Shown: positions 39,056-51,584 of the stretch, piece by piece | Layout: every line of letters begins with the position of its first letter | Position numbering within the stretch: the first letter of the stretch is position 1 | Assembly: GCF_963921235.1 (NCBI RefSeq) | Contig: NC_086108.1 | Coordinates: 93,684,001-93,748,000 of the forward strand | Direction: 5' to 3' | Source of the DNA: Mobula hypostoma | Taxonomy: Eukaryota | Length of the DNA stretch: 64,000 nt | Notes under the pieces: model-generated | Databases searched by the model: none | What the model was told of the DNA's origin: nothing | The model's input: only the letters and a program-made list of their open reading frames with translations | Program-made: the position numbers and the translations under genes

Positions 39056-39599
39056 GTCCCCTAGCCCAGTTAAAACATAGTCTCTACAAAATCATCTTTA
39101 ATTATTTTATAATTGGAATAATTAGTTACATTTTTAAATTAAAAATGCATTTCATAAAATATAAATGGGATTTTCACAACTTTCATGCCTTTGTGATTGG
39201 CAGGTACTTTATTCACGCTAGGAATTTGCAACATGATGCAGATACATACTTTGGGAATTGGTGGTGTTGTGGTTAGTACAGCGCTTTTCAGTACAGGTGA
39301 CCTGGACTCAATTCTCTCCACTGCCTGTAATGAATCTCCCTGAGACCGTATGAGTTTCCTTCGAGCACTCCAGTTTCCTCCCGCAGTCCAAAGATGGTGT
39401 GGTTGGTTGGTTAATTGGTCATTGTCAGTTGTCCATGACTAGGCTAGGATTAAATCATGCAATTGCTGGGCGGTGCGGCTCGAGGGACCGGAAGGGCCTA
39501 CTCCATGCTGTATCTCAATAAATAAAAAAAGAATCAATGCTCGTCTGCCAAGTGACAACCACATCCTGTGAAGGAATGAATGAAAGTTACCACGTTTTA

Positions 39600-40145
39600 C
39601 ACACAGTGGCCACTTTATTTGACATCTCCCATGGTACAAAATAAAGCGGTACCTCCGGAGTGTGTTTTCATGGTCTTCTGCTGCTGGAGCCCATTCACTT
39701 CAAGGTTTAACGTGTTGTGCATTCGAGAGATGCTCTTCTGCACACCACTGTTGTAATACGTGGTCATTTGAGTTACTGTTGCCTTCCTGTCAGCTGCCCA
39801 TTCTTCTCTGACTTCTCTCATTAACAATGCATTTCGCCCAAAGAACTGCCACTCAGTGGATGTTTTTGTTTGTTTTTCACACCATTCTCTGTAAACTCTA
39901 GTGAAAATCCCAGGAGATCAGCAGTTTCTGAGATGCTCAAACCACCCCATCTGGCACCAACAATCATTCCTGTGGTCAACGCCATTTAGATCACATTTCT
40001 TCCCCATTCTGATGTTCAGTGTTGTTCAGATCAAACCTCTTGACCATGTGTACATGTTTTATGCATTGAGTCCCTGTCCCATGATTGGCTGATTAGATAT
40101 TTGCATTAACGAGCAGGTGTACTTAATAAAGTGTCCACGGAGTGT
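39600..40145 (-). mobile_element. Non-autonomous Tc1-like element, ~545 bp
   Basis: TIRs acacagtggccactttatt / taataaagtgtccacggagtgt; remnant ADRKATVTQMTTYYNSGVQKSIS. Confidence 0.8.
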
Positions 40146-40476
40146 TTGGGATCTGTGAGTAAAATTTATTTAGTTTGGATCATTCTGACACAAGCGACCA
40201 CAGCATACAAAGATTCCTGATGGTCAACATGTCTTGAATAGCTGATGGCTGTGCACCATTGTGCTGTGACAAAGGATTAATTTATTTGTAAATAAGAGCA
40301 TATGAAGCAGTTCTGTATAAATGTTCTGCATAAACCAGACGAACCAGTAAATTTTAAGCACAAACCAAGTGCAGAAACTATATCTGGATATCCCCCCGTT
40401 CACAATATTCTTTTTACATTAAATGCCTGTATTATTTTAAGATGAAGATGTAGAGAGGTAGTTCTGGTCAAAATGA

Positions 40477-40998
40477 CACTCACAACACGCTGGAGGAACT
40501 CAACAGGTCGGGCAGCATCCGTGGAAAAGATGGGTCAACGTTTCGGGCCAGAACCCTTCGTCAGGACTGTAGAGGGAAGGGGCAGAGGCCCTATAAAGAA
40601 GGTGGGGGGAGGGTGGGAAGGAGAAGGCTGGTAGGCTCCAGGTGAAAAACCAGTAAGGGGAAAGATAAAGGGGTGGGGGAGGGGAACAGGGAGGTGATAG
40701 GCAGGAAAGGTGAAGAAGGAATAAGGTATGAACATAGAATTCTCCAACTTCCGGTAATTCCCTCCCCCTCCCTTCCCCTATCCCTATGTCACTCTGCCCC
40801 CTCCCCCAGCTGCCTATCACCTCCCTCATGGTTCTGCCTCCTTCTACTACCCGTTATGTTTTCCCCTATTCCTTCTTCACCTTTCCTGCCTATCACCTCC
40901 CTGCTCCCCCCCCCACCCCCTTATCTTTCGCGGCCTGCTGAGTTCCTCCAGCGTGTTGTGAGTGTTGCTTTGACCCCAGCATCTGCAGATTATTTTGT
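40477..40998. mobile_element. Penelope-like insertion with an inverted terminal-repeat structure and 16-bp TSD
   Basis: gttctggtcaaaatga at 40461-40476 and 40999-41014; minus-strand repeat with hammerhead, then plus-strand GMNIEFSNFR* and UTR. Confidence 0.88.
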
Positions 40999-41065
40999 GT
41001 TCTGGTCAAAATGATTGTCATGATCTGCTTGCTAGGTAACATGTTCATTCCCTACATCTCAACAG

Positions 41066-41164
41066 CAATGAACGCCCATCTGATAAGAAGCTGAGCCAGA
41101 TGACAGACGTCCTGGTGAACAAGCCTGGATTTGGGACTCGGTGTATGAAGGACAACCCCATCGA
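41066..41164 (+). CDS. ABCA4: ABCA4 exon ~29, 99 nt (ECD2)
   Basis: caacag|C...GA|gtaaga; NERPSDKKLSQMTDVLVNKPGFGTRCMKDNPI(E). Confidence 0.95.
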
Positions 41165-41326
41165 GTAAGACTGATTACTTTCTACCACTTACTCACTTCA
41201 GGTGAAATTAGCATTGCTTTTCTGATGACCTGCTTCAGTCTCTGTTCTGAATGCCATGGTTTATATATCCTGCCTTAACATTCAGTGTCCATCTTGCAAC
41301 AACACTCATGTGTTATTTTGAAACAG

Positions 41327-41516
41327 GGGCTACACCTGCAGTAACCACTCCAGCAACTGGGAAACCCCGCGAGCTGACCACACAGTTGTCAACCTGCTGA
41401 AATCCCCCTTTTATTCTGAAAACAACCCTTCGCCGCCATGCCAGTGCAGCACGAGAAACCGGCTCATCATGCTTCCCGACTGCCCCCCAGCGGCTGGAGG
41501 CCTTCCTCCACCACAG
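41327..41516 (+). CDS. ABCA4: ABCA4 exon ~30, 190 nt (ECD2)
   Basis: aaacag|G...CAG|gtacca; GYTCSNHSSNWETP...NPSPPCQCSTRNRLIMLPDCPPAAGGLPPPQ. Confidence 0.95.
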
Positions 41517-41763
41517 GTACCAACCGCATTCTGTAAGAGTGCTTCCGAATGAATGAGTCAATCAGGCAGACCTGAGTGAGTGTGCAGGAGCCAGTGCGAG
41601 GAGGTAGATACGTGCGTGCGTGCGTGCGTGTGCGTGTGTGTTTGTGTGTGTTTCTGCATGCGTGTGTGTTTCTGCATGCGTGTGCGTCCATCTAAGTCAA
41701 GTCAAATTTATTGTTATTTAACTATATATATGTATACCATCAAAAGAGGCAACATTTCTCTGA

Positions 41764-42030
41764 AACGGTGTAAGTCTTGCGAGACCATGGATCTGCACCT
41801 GGAAAGTCTTCACTTTGAGCAAGATTGTATGGGAGACCAGCAGTTGCCCATGCTGCAAGTCTCCCCTCTCCACAACACCAATATTGTCCAAGGGAAGGGC
41901 ATTAGGACCCATACAGCTTGGCACCAGTGTGCCTTGCTCAAGGATTCCACACGTTGCCTCAGCTGGGGCTCGAACTCACGACCTTCAGGTTGCTAGTCCA
42001 ATGCCTTAACCACTTGGCCACGTGCCCACA
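41764..42030 (-). mobile_element. tRNA-headed SINE
   Basis: rc head gggcacgTGGCCAAGTGGttaaggcattggactagcaacctgaaggtcgtgaGTTCGAGCCcc (A and B boxes) followed by a non-tRNA body. Confidence 0.75.
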
Positions 42031-42239
42031 CGTGTAAAGCATAGCAGTACACAAAGCAGACAATAACTTAGGAAAGTAAGGATGAAATCTACAAATGAAT
42101 TTTGCATAAATAAACAAAGTAAAGCGCATAAATTAAATATTGTAAGGTACAGAACAGATTAACTGGTGATGCGGCAGGGTGTTCAAAACCCTAATGGCCT
42201 GAGTGAAGAAACTTTTTTCCCATCCTGACCGTTCTTGTT

Positions 42240-42503
42240 TATGTGTGTATATGTGCACATATGTGTGTATGGTATGTTTCTGTATGTTTCTGCATGCATG
42301 CGTATGTATGTGTCCATCTGCATGTTGTGTGTGTGTATGCGTGCATTTTGCATCTCTGTGTGCAAGTGTGTGTATGTTTCTGCGTGTATATGTATGCATG
42401 TGTGTATGCACATGTGTGTATGCATGTGTATGTACAGTATCTATGTGTCTATTTGTGTGTGTGCATTGTACATCTGTGTACACACATGTATGTGTTTGCA
42501 TGT

Positions 42504-42546
<43 letters not shown>

Positions 42547-42640
42547 TATTGTGCATCCGTCTGTGCATACGTGTGTATGTTTCTGCAGGCACATGTGTGC
42601 ATCTATCTGTGCACGGATGTTTCTGTATGTCTTTATACAA
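42240..42640. repeat. TG-rich low-complexity/microsatellite tract (a smaller one lies at 41610-41690)
   Basis: (TG)n, TGTA and TGCA units; source of the spurious Cys/Val and His/Thr ORFs. Confidence 0.95.
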
Positions 42641-42749
42641 ATACCTGTAGATTAGCTCGACCCCTGCTAGAAGATTGTTTGAGGTGAGGTGCAGCATTGA
42701 AGATTAAGGAAAGAGTTGTTAAGGTAGTGGCCTTGCTTGAGTTCTCTGC

Positions 42750-45700
42750 ACTGTGACTGGCTCTGCTGTGGTTTACATATGGCTTATGTGGCGTCATATA
42801 TCAGCAGAAAGATGATTGCAAATTTCTGTGGGGAGCCAGCCGACGTCAACCTCCACGATAAGACCAAACAGAATCCTAACCTCAGTCACGGAACTGCAGT
42901 ACACAGCATGCATTCAGACTCTGAGCTCCAAGTCTGCTACAACCCATTCACTGATGTGTGTGAGAGACTGGCCCCACACTAAACATCTCCAAAGAGAGAT
43001 CGCTTACCGATCGGCCTTCACTAGATATCTTTGGCTGCTGACAGTGAAGGTCCATGAAGAGATCTTGGGGAAAAAAGTGGACCAATTCCCATACCAAAGT
43101 GACCACTCCCACTGATGAAGAAATCTACTACTCCCTGCAGTGCGTCAGCACAAACTTTGGTCTTCTGAGGAAAGAAGTGTTTGAAGTTATAAACCACAAA
43201 CCGAGCATAAATTCATGGTCTACAGAGCAGAAGTGATTCCTGGCCTCCAGTACTCTTCAGAGACAGAGTGGATTATGAAAAGGGTGTTGAAAGGCTTGAG
43301 GGGAATAGAGCCAGGTTACATGGATGGGCGAGGGCAGGGTAGTTAGAAAAATAGGAAATCATCCAATTTGATGGAAAAAGTAGAAGTACAAGCTATTCTT
43401 CAAATGAGGAGGTTAGTTCATAACAGAGGGATGGGAACCAGTGCAGAGAGACAGAGGGGTGTAAAGTGAGGGTAGAAGCAAAAAGTACAAAGGAGAAAAG
43501 TAAAAGTGGCAGGCCGACAAATCCAGGGCAAGCATTAAAAAGGGCCACTTTTCAACATAATTGTATAAGGGCTAAGAGAGTTGTAAAAGAGCGCCTGAAG
43601 GCTTTATGTGTCAATGCAAGGAGCATTCGTAATAAGGTGGATGAATTGAAAGTGCAGATTGTTATTAATGATTATGATATAGTTGGGATCACAGAGACAT
43701 GGCTCCAGGGTGACCAGGGATGGGAGCTCAAAGTTCAGGGATATTCAATATTCAGGAGGGACAGACATGAAGGAAGGGGAGGTGGGGTGGCGTTGCTGGT
43801 TAAAGAAGAGATTAACGCAATAGAAAGGAAGGGCATAAGCCAGGAAGATGTGGAATCGATATGGGTAGAGCTGCGTAACACTAAGGGGCAGAAGACGCTG
43901 GTGGGAGTTGTGTACAGGCCACCTAACAGTAGTAGTGAGGTCGGAGATGGTATTAAACAGGAAATTAGAAATGTGTGCAATAAAGGAACAGCAGTTATAA
44001 TGGGTGACTTCAATCTACATGTAGATTGGGTGAACCAAATTGATAAAGGTGCTGAGGAAGAGGATTTCTTGGAATGTATGCGGGATGGTTTTTTGAACCA
44101 ACATGTCGAGGAACCAACTAGAGAGCAGGCTATTCTGGACTGGGTTTTGAGCAATGAGGAAGGGTTCATTAGCAATCTTGTCGTGAGAGGCCCCTTGGGT
44201 AAGAGTGACCATAATATGGTGGAATTCTTCATTAATATGGAGAGTGACATAGTTAATTCAGAAACAAAGGTTCTGAACTTAAAGAGGGGTAACTTTGAAG
44301 GTATGAAACGTGAATTAGCTAAGATAGACTGGCAAATGACACTTAAAGGATTGACGGTGGATATGCAATGGCAAGCATTTAAAGGTTGCATGGATGAACT
44401 ACAACAATTGTTCATCCCAGTTTGGCAAAAGAATAAATCAAGGAAGGTAGTGCACCCGTGGCTGACAAGAGAAATTAGGGACAGTATCAATTCCAAAGAA
44501 GAAGCATACAAATTAGCCAGAGAAAGTGGCTCACCTGAGGACTGGGAGAAATTCAGAGTTCAGCAGAGGAGGACAAAGGGCTTAATTAGGAAGGGGAAAA
44601 AAGATTATGAGAGAAAACTGGCAGAGAACATAAAAACGGACTGTAAAAGCTTTTATAGATATGTAAAAAGGAAAAGACTGGTAAAGACAAATGTAGGTCC
44701 CTTGCAGACAGAAACAGGTGAATTGATTATGGGGAGCAAGGACATGGCAGACCAATTGAATAATTACTTTGGTTCTGTCTTCACTAAGGAGGACATAAAT
44801 AATCTTCCAGAAATAGTAGGGGACAGAGGGTCCAGTGAGATGGAGGAACTGAGCGAAATACATGTTAGTAGGGAAGTGGTGTTAGGTAAATTGAAGGGAT
44901 TGAAGGCAGATAAATCCCCACGGCCAGATGGTCTGCATCCTAGAGTGCTTAAGGAAGTAGCCCAAGAAATAGTGGATGCATTAGTGATAATTTTTCAAAA
45001 CTCGTTAGATTCTGGACTAGTTCCTGAGGATTGGAGGGTGGCTAATGTAACTCCACTTTTTAAAAAAGGAGGGAGAGAGAAACCGGGGAATTATAGACCG
45101 GTTAGCCTAACGTTGGTGGTGGGGAAACTGCTGGAGTCAGTTATCAAGGATGTGATAACAGCACATTTGGAAAGCGGTGAAATGATCGGACAAAGTCAGC
45201 ATGGATTTGTGAAAGGAAAATCATGTCTGACGAATCACATAGAATTTTTTGAGGATGTAACTAGTAGAGTGGATAGGGGAGAACCAGTGGATGTGGTATA
45301 TTTGGATTTTCAAAAGGCTTTTGACAAGGTCCCACACAGGAGATTAGTGTGCAAACTTAAAGCACACGGTATTGGGGGTAAGGTATTGATGTGGATGGAG
45401 AATTGGTTAGCAGACAGGAAGCAAAGAGTGGGAATAAACGGGACCTTTTCAGAATGGCAGGCGGTGACTAGTGGGGTACCGCAAGGCTCAGTGCTGGGAC
45501 CCCAGTTGTTTACAATATATATTAATGACTTGGATGAGGGAATTAAGTGCAGCATCTCCAAGTTTGCGGATGACACGAAGCTGGGTGGCAGTGTTAGCAG
45601 TGAGGAGGATGCTAAGAGGAAGCAGGGTGACTTGGATAGGTTGGGTGAGTGGGCAAATTCATAGCAGATGCAATTTAATGTGGATAAATGTGAAGTTATC

Positions 45701-48700
45701 CACTTTGGTGGCAAAAATAGGAAAACAGATTATTATCTGAATGGTGGCCGATTAGGAAAAGGGGAGGTGCAACGAGACCTGGGTGTCATTATACACCAGT
45801 CATTGAAAGTGGGCATGCAGGTACAGCAGGCAGTGAAAAAGGCGAATGGTATGCTGGCATTTATAGCGAGAGGATTCGAGTACAGGAGCAGGGAGGTACT
45901 ACTGCAGTTGTACAAGGCCTTGGTGAGACCACACCTGGAGTATTGTGTGCAGTTTTGGTCCCCTAATCTGAGGAAAGACATCTTTGCCATAGAGGGAGTA
46001 CAAAGAAGGTTCACCAGATTGATTCCTGGGATGGCAGGACTTTCATATGAAGAAAGACTGGATGAACTAGGCTTGTACTCGTTGGAATTTAGAAGATTGA
46101 GGGGGGATCTGATTGAAACATATAAGATCCTAAAGGGATTGGACAGGCTAGATGCAGGAAGATTGTTCCCGATGTTGGGGAAGTCCAGAACGAGGGGCCA
46201 CAGTTTGAGGATAGAGGGGAAGCCTTTTAGGACCGAGATTAGGAAAAACTTCTTCACACAGAGAGTGGTGAATCTGTGGAATTCTCTGCCACAGGAAACA
46301 GTTGAGGCCAGTTCATTGGCTATATTTAAGAGGGAGTTAGATATGGCCCTTGTGGCTACGGGGGTCAGGGGGTATGGAGGGAAGGCTGGGGCGGGGTTCT
46401 GAGTTGGATGATCAGCCATGATCATAATAAATGGCGGTGCAGGCTCGAAGGGCCAAATACCCTACTCCTGCACCTATTTTCTATGTTTCTATGTTTCTAT
46501 GTATGCTTAGATAGGGTATGTATGTGATAAGAAGATCAACAAAATTGCTTATTCTGGAAATCTTTAAGATAAAAGCAAAAAATATTGGAACCCCTCAGCA
46601 AGTCAGGCAGTATCTTTGGAAAGAGAACAGTTAATGTCTCAGATCGGGGCCTCTTCATCAGATCTGGGTAAGAGTGAAAAGCAAGTTAGCTTTCAGTGGC
46701 AGAGGAAGTTGACGAGGAATGGAGAGAACAAAGGAAATATTTTTGGTAGAAGGAGACCAAATAAGCCAATGTACCAGCTGGGCACATTATTCTTCTTTAT
46801 CTGTATTTTATGATGCTAATAGCAAGTCTGTGGGATCTGACCAGGTTCAAGTTCTTTATCAACTGACAGAACATATATACAACCAAACAAAACAAAGTTC
46901 CTCCAGATCACGGTGCACCCACGCAATATATATCACACACAGCACATAAACCAAAATATCAAACTAAAAATAAGTTAATAAAATATAATTCAAAATGCAT
47001 GCAGTAAAGTGCGACACGGGCAAACAATAAACAGCTCGTTGTCCTCGTGATGAGACCTCTGTGGTGGCAGAGTATTCACTAGTCTCGCAGCCTGGGGGAA
47101 GAAGGTGTTACCCAGTCTCCTTCCTGATGGTAGTGGGTCAAAGAGATTGTGGGATGGGTGGCAGGGATTCTCAACAACGTTCCTAGTAAATGTCATAAAT
47201 AGTGGGGGAGGGAGACCCCAGGGATCCTCTTGATGGTTTTTACTATCCTCTGTAGGGTCTTGCAGCTTCCATATCACACAATGATGCAGCCAGACAAGAC
47301 ACTCTTGTTGGTGTTCCTCTAGAAAGTTGCTAGAACAGGGGTGGGGAGCCTTGCATGCCTCATTCTCCTCAGCAGGCCTGCTATACCAGATGAAAATGAA
47401 CAAATGATATTGCTGATTCTGATTGAGTCAGAACAAAAGAGTAAATTACCTAAATTTGCAGGAATTAATATTGAACCTGAAAGGCCACATTGTGCTAATC
47501 CTGAAGCTGGGCCTCATTTCGGCAGTGCAGGAGGGGACAGACAGGAACATCAGAATGGGAGAGGGATGAGGATTAAAGTGACCTTGAATGTGAATCACAA
47601 AAGTCAACATGCAGGTACAATTAAGATGGCAGGTGGTTTGTTGGTCTTTTTCTGAACAGATATGAGGCAATTTACTCCAGGCTGTGGTGAGACCAAATCT
47701 GAAATGTGATCAGACCTAAGGAGTGCCTCCATGAGATGGGCTTATTCTCCCTTGGGTTAAAGAAGACTATGAGATGATCCTGCTGTAGTGTAGAAACCTG
47801 ATAGGATAGATTCAGGGATAATTTCTGTTCTGGATAGCTTGTCTAAGATGTGTCATTCTAAGTGAGGATGAAAAGTTTCTTCAGCCAGATCTGGCAGATC
47901 TTGGGAATTCTCTACCTAAGAGGCCATGGAGGGAGTGTCACTGAGCACGGCAGACATTGGGCCAGATGACAACGTGCTGGAGGAGCTCAACAGGTCAAGC
48001 AGCATCTGTGGGAGGAAGGAAATTGTCAATGTTTCGTGTTAAAACCCTGTACCGAGATAGAGCCCCAGCCCTGCATTTCACACTCCCTGAGTACAAATAT
48101 TGATGGGTTTTAGTTGGCAAGGAAATCAAGGGATATATAGTTAATGCAGGAGAATTTAAAAGATAGTACTGAATGCAAAACAGGCACACCAGGCTAAATA
48201 TCTTATGCCTGATTCTATTTCTTATGTTCTTATAGGAGGTTGAGCGAGTTAGGGCTTTTCTGTGTGAAGTGAAGGAGGGTGAGAGGTGGCCTGATAGAGG
48301 TGTACAAGATGATAAGGAGCATAGATCGAGTGGGCATCCTGCACCTTTCCCTCCAGGGTGGAAATTCTCATACAGGAGGGCATAATTTTAAGGGAATTGG
48401 AGGAAAGTATAGGGGGATTGTCAGAAGTAGTTTTTTTTTACACAGCAAGTGATAAGTGTGCAGAACACTCACCTCGGGTCATGGTAAAAGCAGATACATT
48501 AGAGAGATTCAAGAGACTCTTTGATAGGCATGTGGACAAAAGAAAAAATGGAGGGCAATTTGGGAGGAAAACATTAGATTCTTCTCGGAGTAGTTAAGAG
48601 ATTGGCACAACATTGTGGGCCAAAAGACCTGTACTATGAAACCTGGACTGTTTACAGAAAGTAACTCAAAACACTGGTCAGTGGCCCCCAACATTGTCTC

Positions 48701-48950
48701 CACAAAGCCCTCCAGAATACAAGCAGAATATGTGAGTTAATATTAGTGACCTTTCCATACCATCATCCCCGATAGTGAGATGCCAATTAAACTCAGCCAG
48801 CTCTGACTGGCAGGCCACCTACACACCAGGCTCTCTGAACAGACACCGGACTCCAAGCTCCACCACAGCAAGAGTTTACCAAATGATTCAACAATGTTCT
48901 CAAAGCCTCCTTTTGGGGCACAAATCCCAAATGACGTGGTGACCCATGAC
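42750..48950 (+). mobile_element. Old RTE LINE remnant in two parts (~42750-43265 and ~48636-48950) separated by nested insertions
   Basis: ..DEEIYYSLQCVSTNFGLLRKEVFE..VIPGLQYSSET resumes as ETWTVYRK..QHCLHKAL. Confidence 0.6.
43425..46501 (+). mobile_element. Young CR1 LINE with full ORF2 (APE endonuclease + RT) broken by one stop codon
   Basis: ORFs 43466-45664 and 45668-46402 are in one frame; [38 protein letters not shown]; (TTCTATGT)3 tail. Confidence 0.96.
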
Positions 48951-50534
48951 CCTTTAATTGAACAGGGAATGTTTACGGTAGTGTTGATAACCTCAGTCCC
49001 TTTGTTAGGAGTGACAGAAGCCTGATATAATAGGGTGAATGAGTACTACCTCCTAATCTATGCACCCACTTTTCCCCTTTAGCACCTCCTGCCCCATTGG
49101 TTGCAGAATCAGTGGGTCCAACATTGGCCCCAGAACACTCAGAACTGAGCATTTACAGGCAATTAGTCGGCCAACACTTGGAGTATTGTGAGTAGTTTTG
49201 GGTCTCTTATCTAGGAAAGGGTGTACTGGCATTGGAGAGGGTCCAGTGAAGGTTTATGAGAATGATCCCGGAATGCAAGGGTTAATGCATGAGGAGTGTT
49301 TGAGGCTCTGGAGCTGTACTCACTGGAGTTTGGAAGAATGAGGGGGGATCTCTATCCCATATTGGAAGTTCCAGATAGAGTGGATGTGGAAAGAATGTTT
49401 CCTATAGTGGGGAAATCTAGGACTGGGGGTATAGCCTCCAAATACAAGGTCAGAGGTGAGGAGGAATCTCTTTAGCTCAGAGCCTGGTGACTCTGTGGAA
49501 CTCATTGTCACAGATGGCTGTGGAGACCAAGTTATTTGGTATATTTAAAGTGGATGCCAATGGGTTCTTTATAAGTTACCTAGAGAAGGCAGGAGAATGA
49601 GGTTGAGAGGGAAAATAAATCAGCCATGATGGAATGGTGGAGCAGGCCTGAATGGTGGAATATCCTAATTCCACTCCTATGTGTAACTGGAGTGGAAACA
49701 TATCATCCTCAACCTCAAACAACTGCTTAAGATATTTGAATGTGGGTGTGTATCAGTCTGTGTCTGTGTTATGTTATTACAGAGTCCTGATGAAACATTA
49801 CTTGCAGATTAAAACAATATACAGTTCATTGTCGGCATATAATTATAGCTGGAAAATTAACTGGTCCAAGATGATCGTACTTATGTGTATACGTGTCTGT
49901 AAGTGAATCTCCATCTGTGCATGTGATTTTGCTGTTGTTAGAATGAAATAAACAGTAGATGGGAAAGGGGATTCAGAATCAGGTTCATTATCACTGATAT
50001 CTGTCATGAAATGTGTTGTTTTGTGGCAGCAGTACAGTGTAAGACATAGAAATGACTATAATTCACAGTAATAAATAATCAGAGCAAAAGAGGAATAACA
50101 GCTCCTCTTCATGGGCTCATGCGCCGTTCAGAGTTCTGATGGAGGAGGGGAAGATGCTGCTCCTGAGACATTGAATATGGGTGCTCAGCCTTAGCCGCGA
50201 CGGTAGTAATGAGAAATGGGAGTGCCCTGGATGGTGAGGCTCCTTAACGATGGGTGGCACCTCTCCAGCCCCACCCAGGGCACCACCTCCTGATGGTGTC
50301 CTCGATGGTGGGGAGGGATCTGCCCTTGATAGATTGAGTCTACAATCCTCCACAGCCTCTCTTCCAATCCTACGCATTGGAGTCTCAGTACCAGGTGGTA
50401 CCATACAATTGTAGAAATTTCATCCATTATAACAATATCTTATAAACTGCTTGGAGCTTAATTCTGTTAACAAAAAAACAGTAATTTAGTTTCAGTTTTT
50501 TAATGTGGCAGCCTCTTTTAATGTTAATATTCAA

Positions 50535-51140
50535 TTCAAGTTTAATTGTCATTCAACCATACATGAAAACCTGTGAATATAGCCAAATGAGACAGTGTTA
50601 CTCTGGGGCTAAAGTATAAAGCACAGTGCAACAGACACAGAGGACAAAGCACATACAAGACAGCAAACATATAAGATATCAGTAAGATACAGCCATGCAA
50701 AAAGATCTGCACACAGAACTCTGCAGTCAACCACAATACAGCTTGTCTTTTGCTGAATGAAGGTTGGGGGAGGGGGGCAGCACCAACTCCGGCCTAGATG
50801 CCGTGCTACACCACCCCCGGTGGAGCACCCCAGCTCTGACACCTCTCTCCTGGCGGTTGTAAACAGGCAACACCCTGGCTTGAGGCCTAGTCTTTGCTAC
50901 GACCGAGGGCACACAGCAGCTCCCACGCCGTCCGCCAATAAATCAGTGAATTGAACTTGCAGCATTCAACATTAACAATGTCCAAAGGGTCTTGTGACCA
51001 CAAGTCACTCACTATCAGACTGCAAGGCTCCATCAGCTCAGGCAGCAGCACAATGCACAGCTCCTTCATTTTGTCTGCCAACGAGCAACTCACTGATGAG
51101 GTAGACCTGCCGTACTTTAAGTCTTTAATGTCTAGGAGGA
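50535..51140. repeat. ~600-bp interspersed repeat; second direct copy at ~51917-52580
   Basis: Both begin ttcaagtttaattgtcattcaacca and share acttgcagcattc.acattaacaatgtccaa and gagcaact..ctgat..ggtagacct. Confidence 0.8.
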
Positions 51141-51283
51141 TTTTGCAAACATGAAAACTATGGTTAAAAAGGACAATAGCACCTTTTGTTGACCCGCAGC
51201 AGCCTCTGTGATCGAACGTGCCACAATCTGACTGGAACAAATCTTAGCCTTTGACACAAATTAAGTTGCTTTCTCCATTTCAG

Positions 51284-51378
51284 AGGGTCCAGAGCTCGAC
51301 AGACATTCTGCAGAATCTCACTCAAAGGAACATATCGGATTTCCTGGTTAAAACATACCCCAAATTGATAAAGAGCAG
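51284..51378 (+). CDS. ABCA4: ABCA4 exon ~31, 95 nt
   Basis: atttcag|AGG...AG|gtagga; [31 protein letters not shown](S). Confidence 0.95.
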
Positions 51379-51551
51379 GTAGGACTTGTTCTACCTTCAG
51401 GCTTCTGCACATTCAGAACTTAGTATTCGTAAACAATATCATTGTCCAAGTAACACGCTCTTACCTGAATTAAAAGTATCTAGTTCTCACCTCAGAGGAT
51501 TTCTGATCATTTTGAATATTTAATCTTTCTGCCTTTGTTTGTGTTCTTCAG

Positions 51552-51584
51552 CATGCAGAGCAAGTACTGGGTGAACGAACGCAG
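51552..51584 (+). CDS. ABCA4: ABCA4 exon ~32, 33 nt
   Basis: tcttcag|C...AG|gtatgg; MQSKYWVNER(R). Confidence 0.93.

Noticed and set aside
41955..42030. tRNA-like sequence on the minus strand
   Set aside because: A and B boxes are present but it continues into a SINE body and lacks a convincing acceptor stem, so it is a SINE head and not a tRNA gene.
42133..42697. Several 135-153 aa Cys/Val or His/Thr-rich ORFs
   Set aside because: Translations of TG-rich microsatellite.
43735..46425. Long minus-strand ORFs (258, 134, 230 aa)
   Set aside because: Antisense shadows of CR1 ORF2 with no independent motifs.
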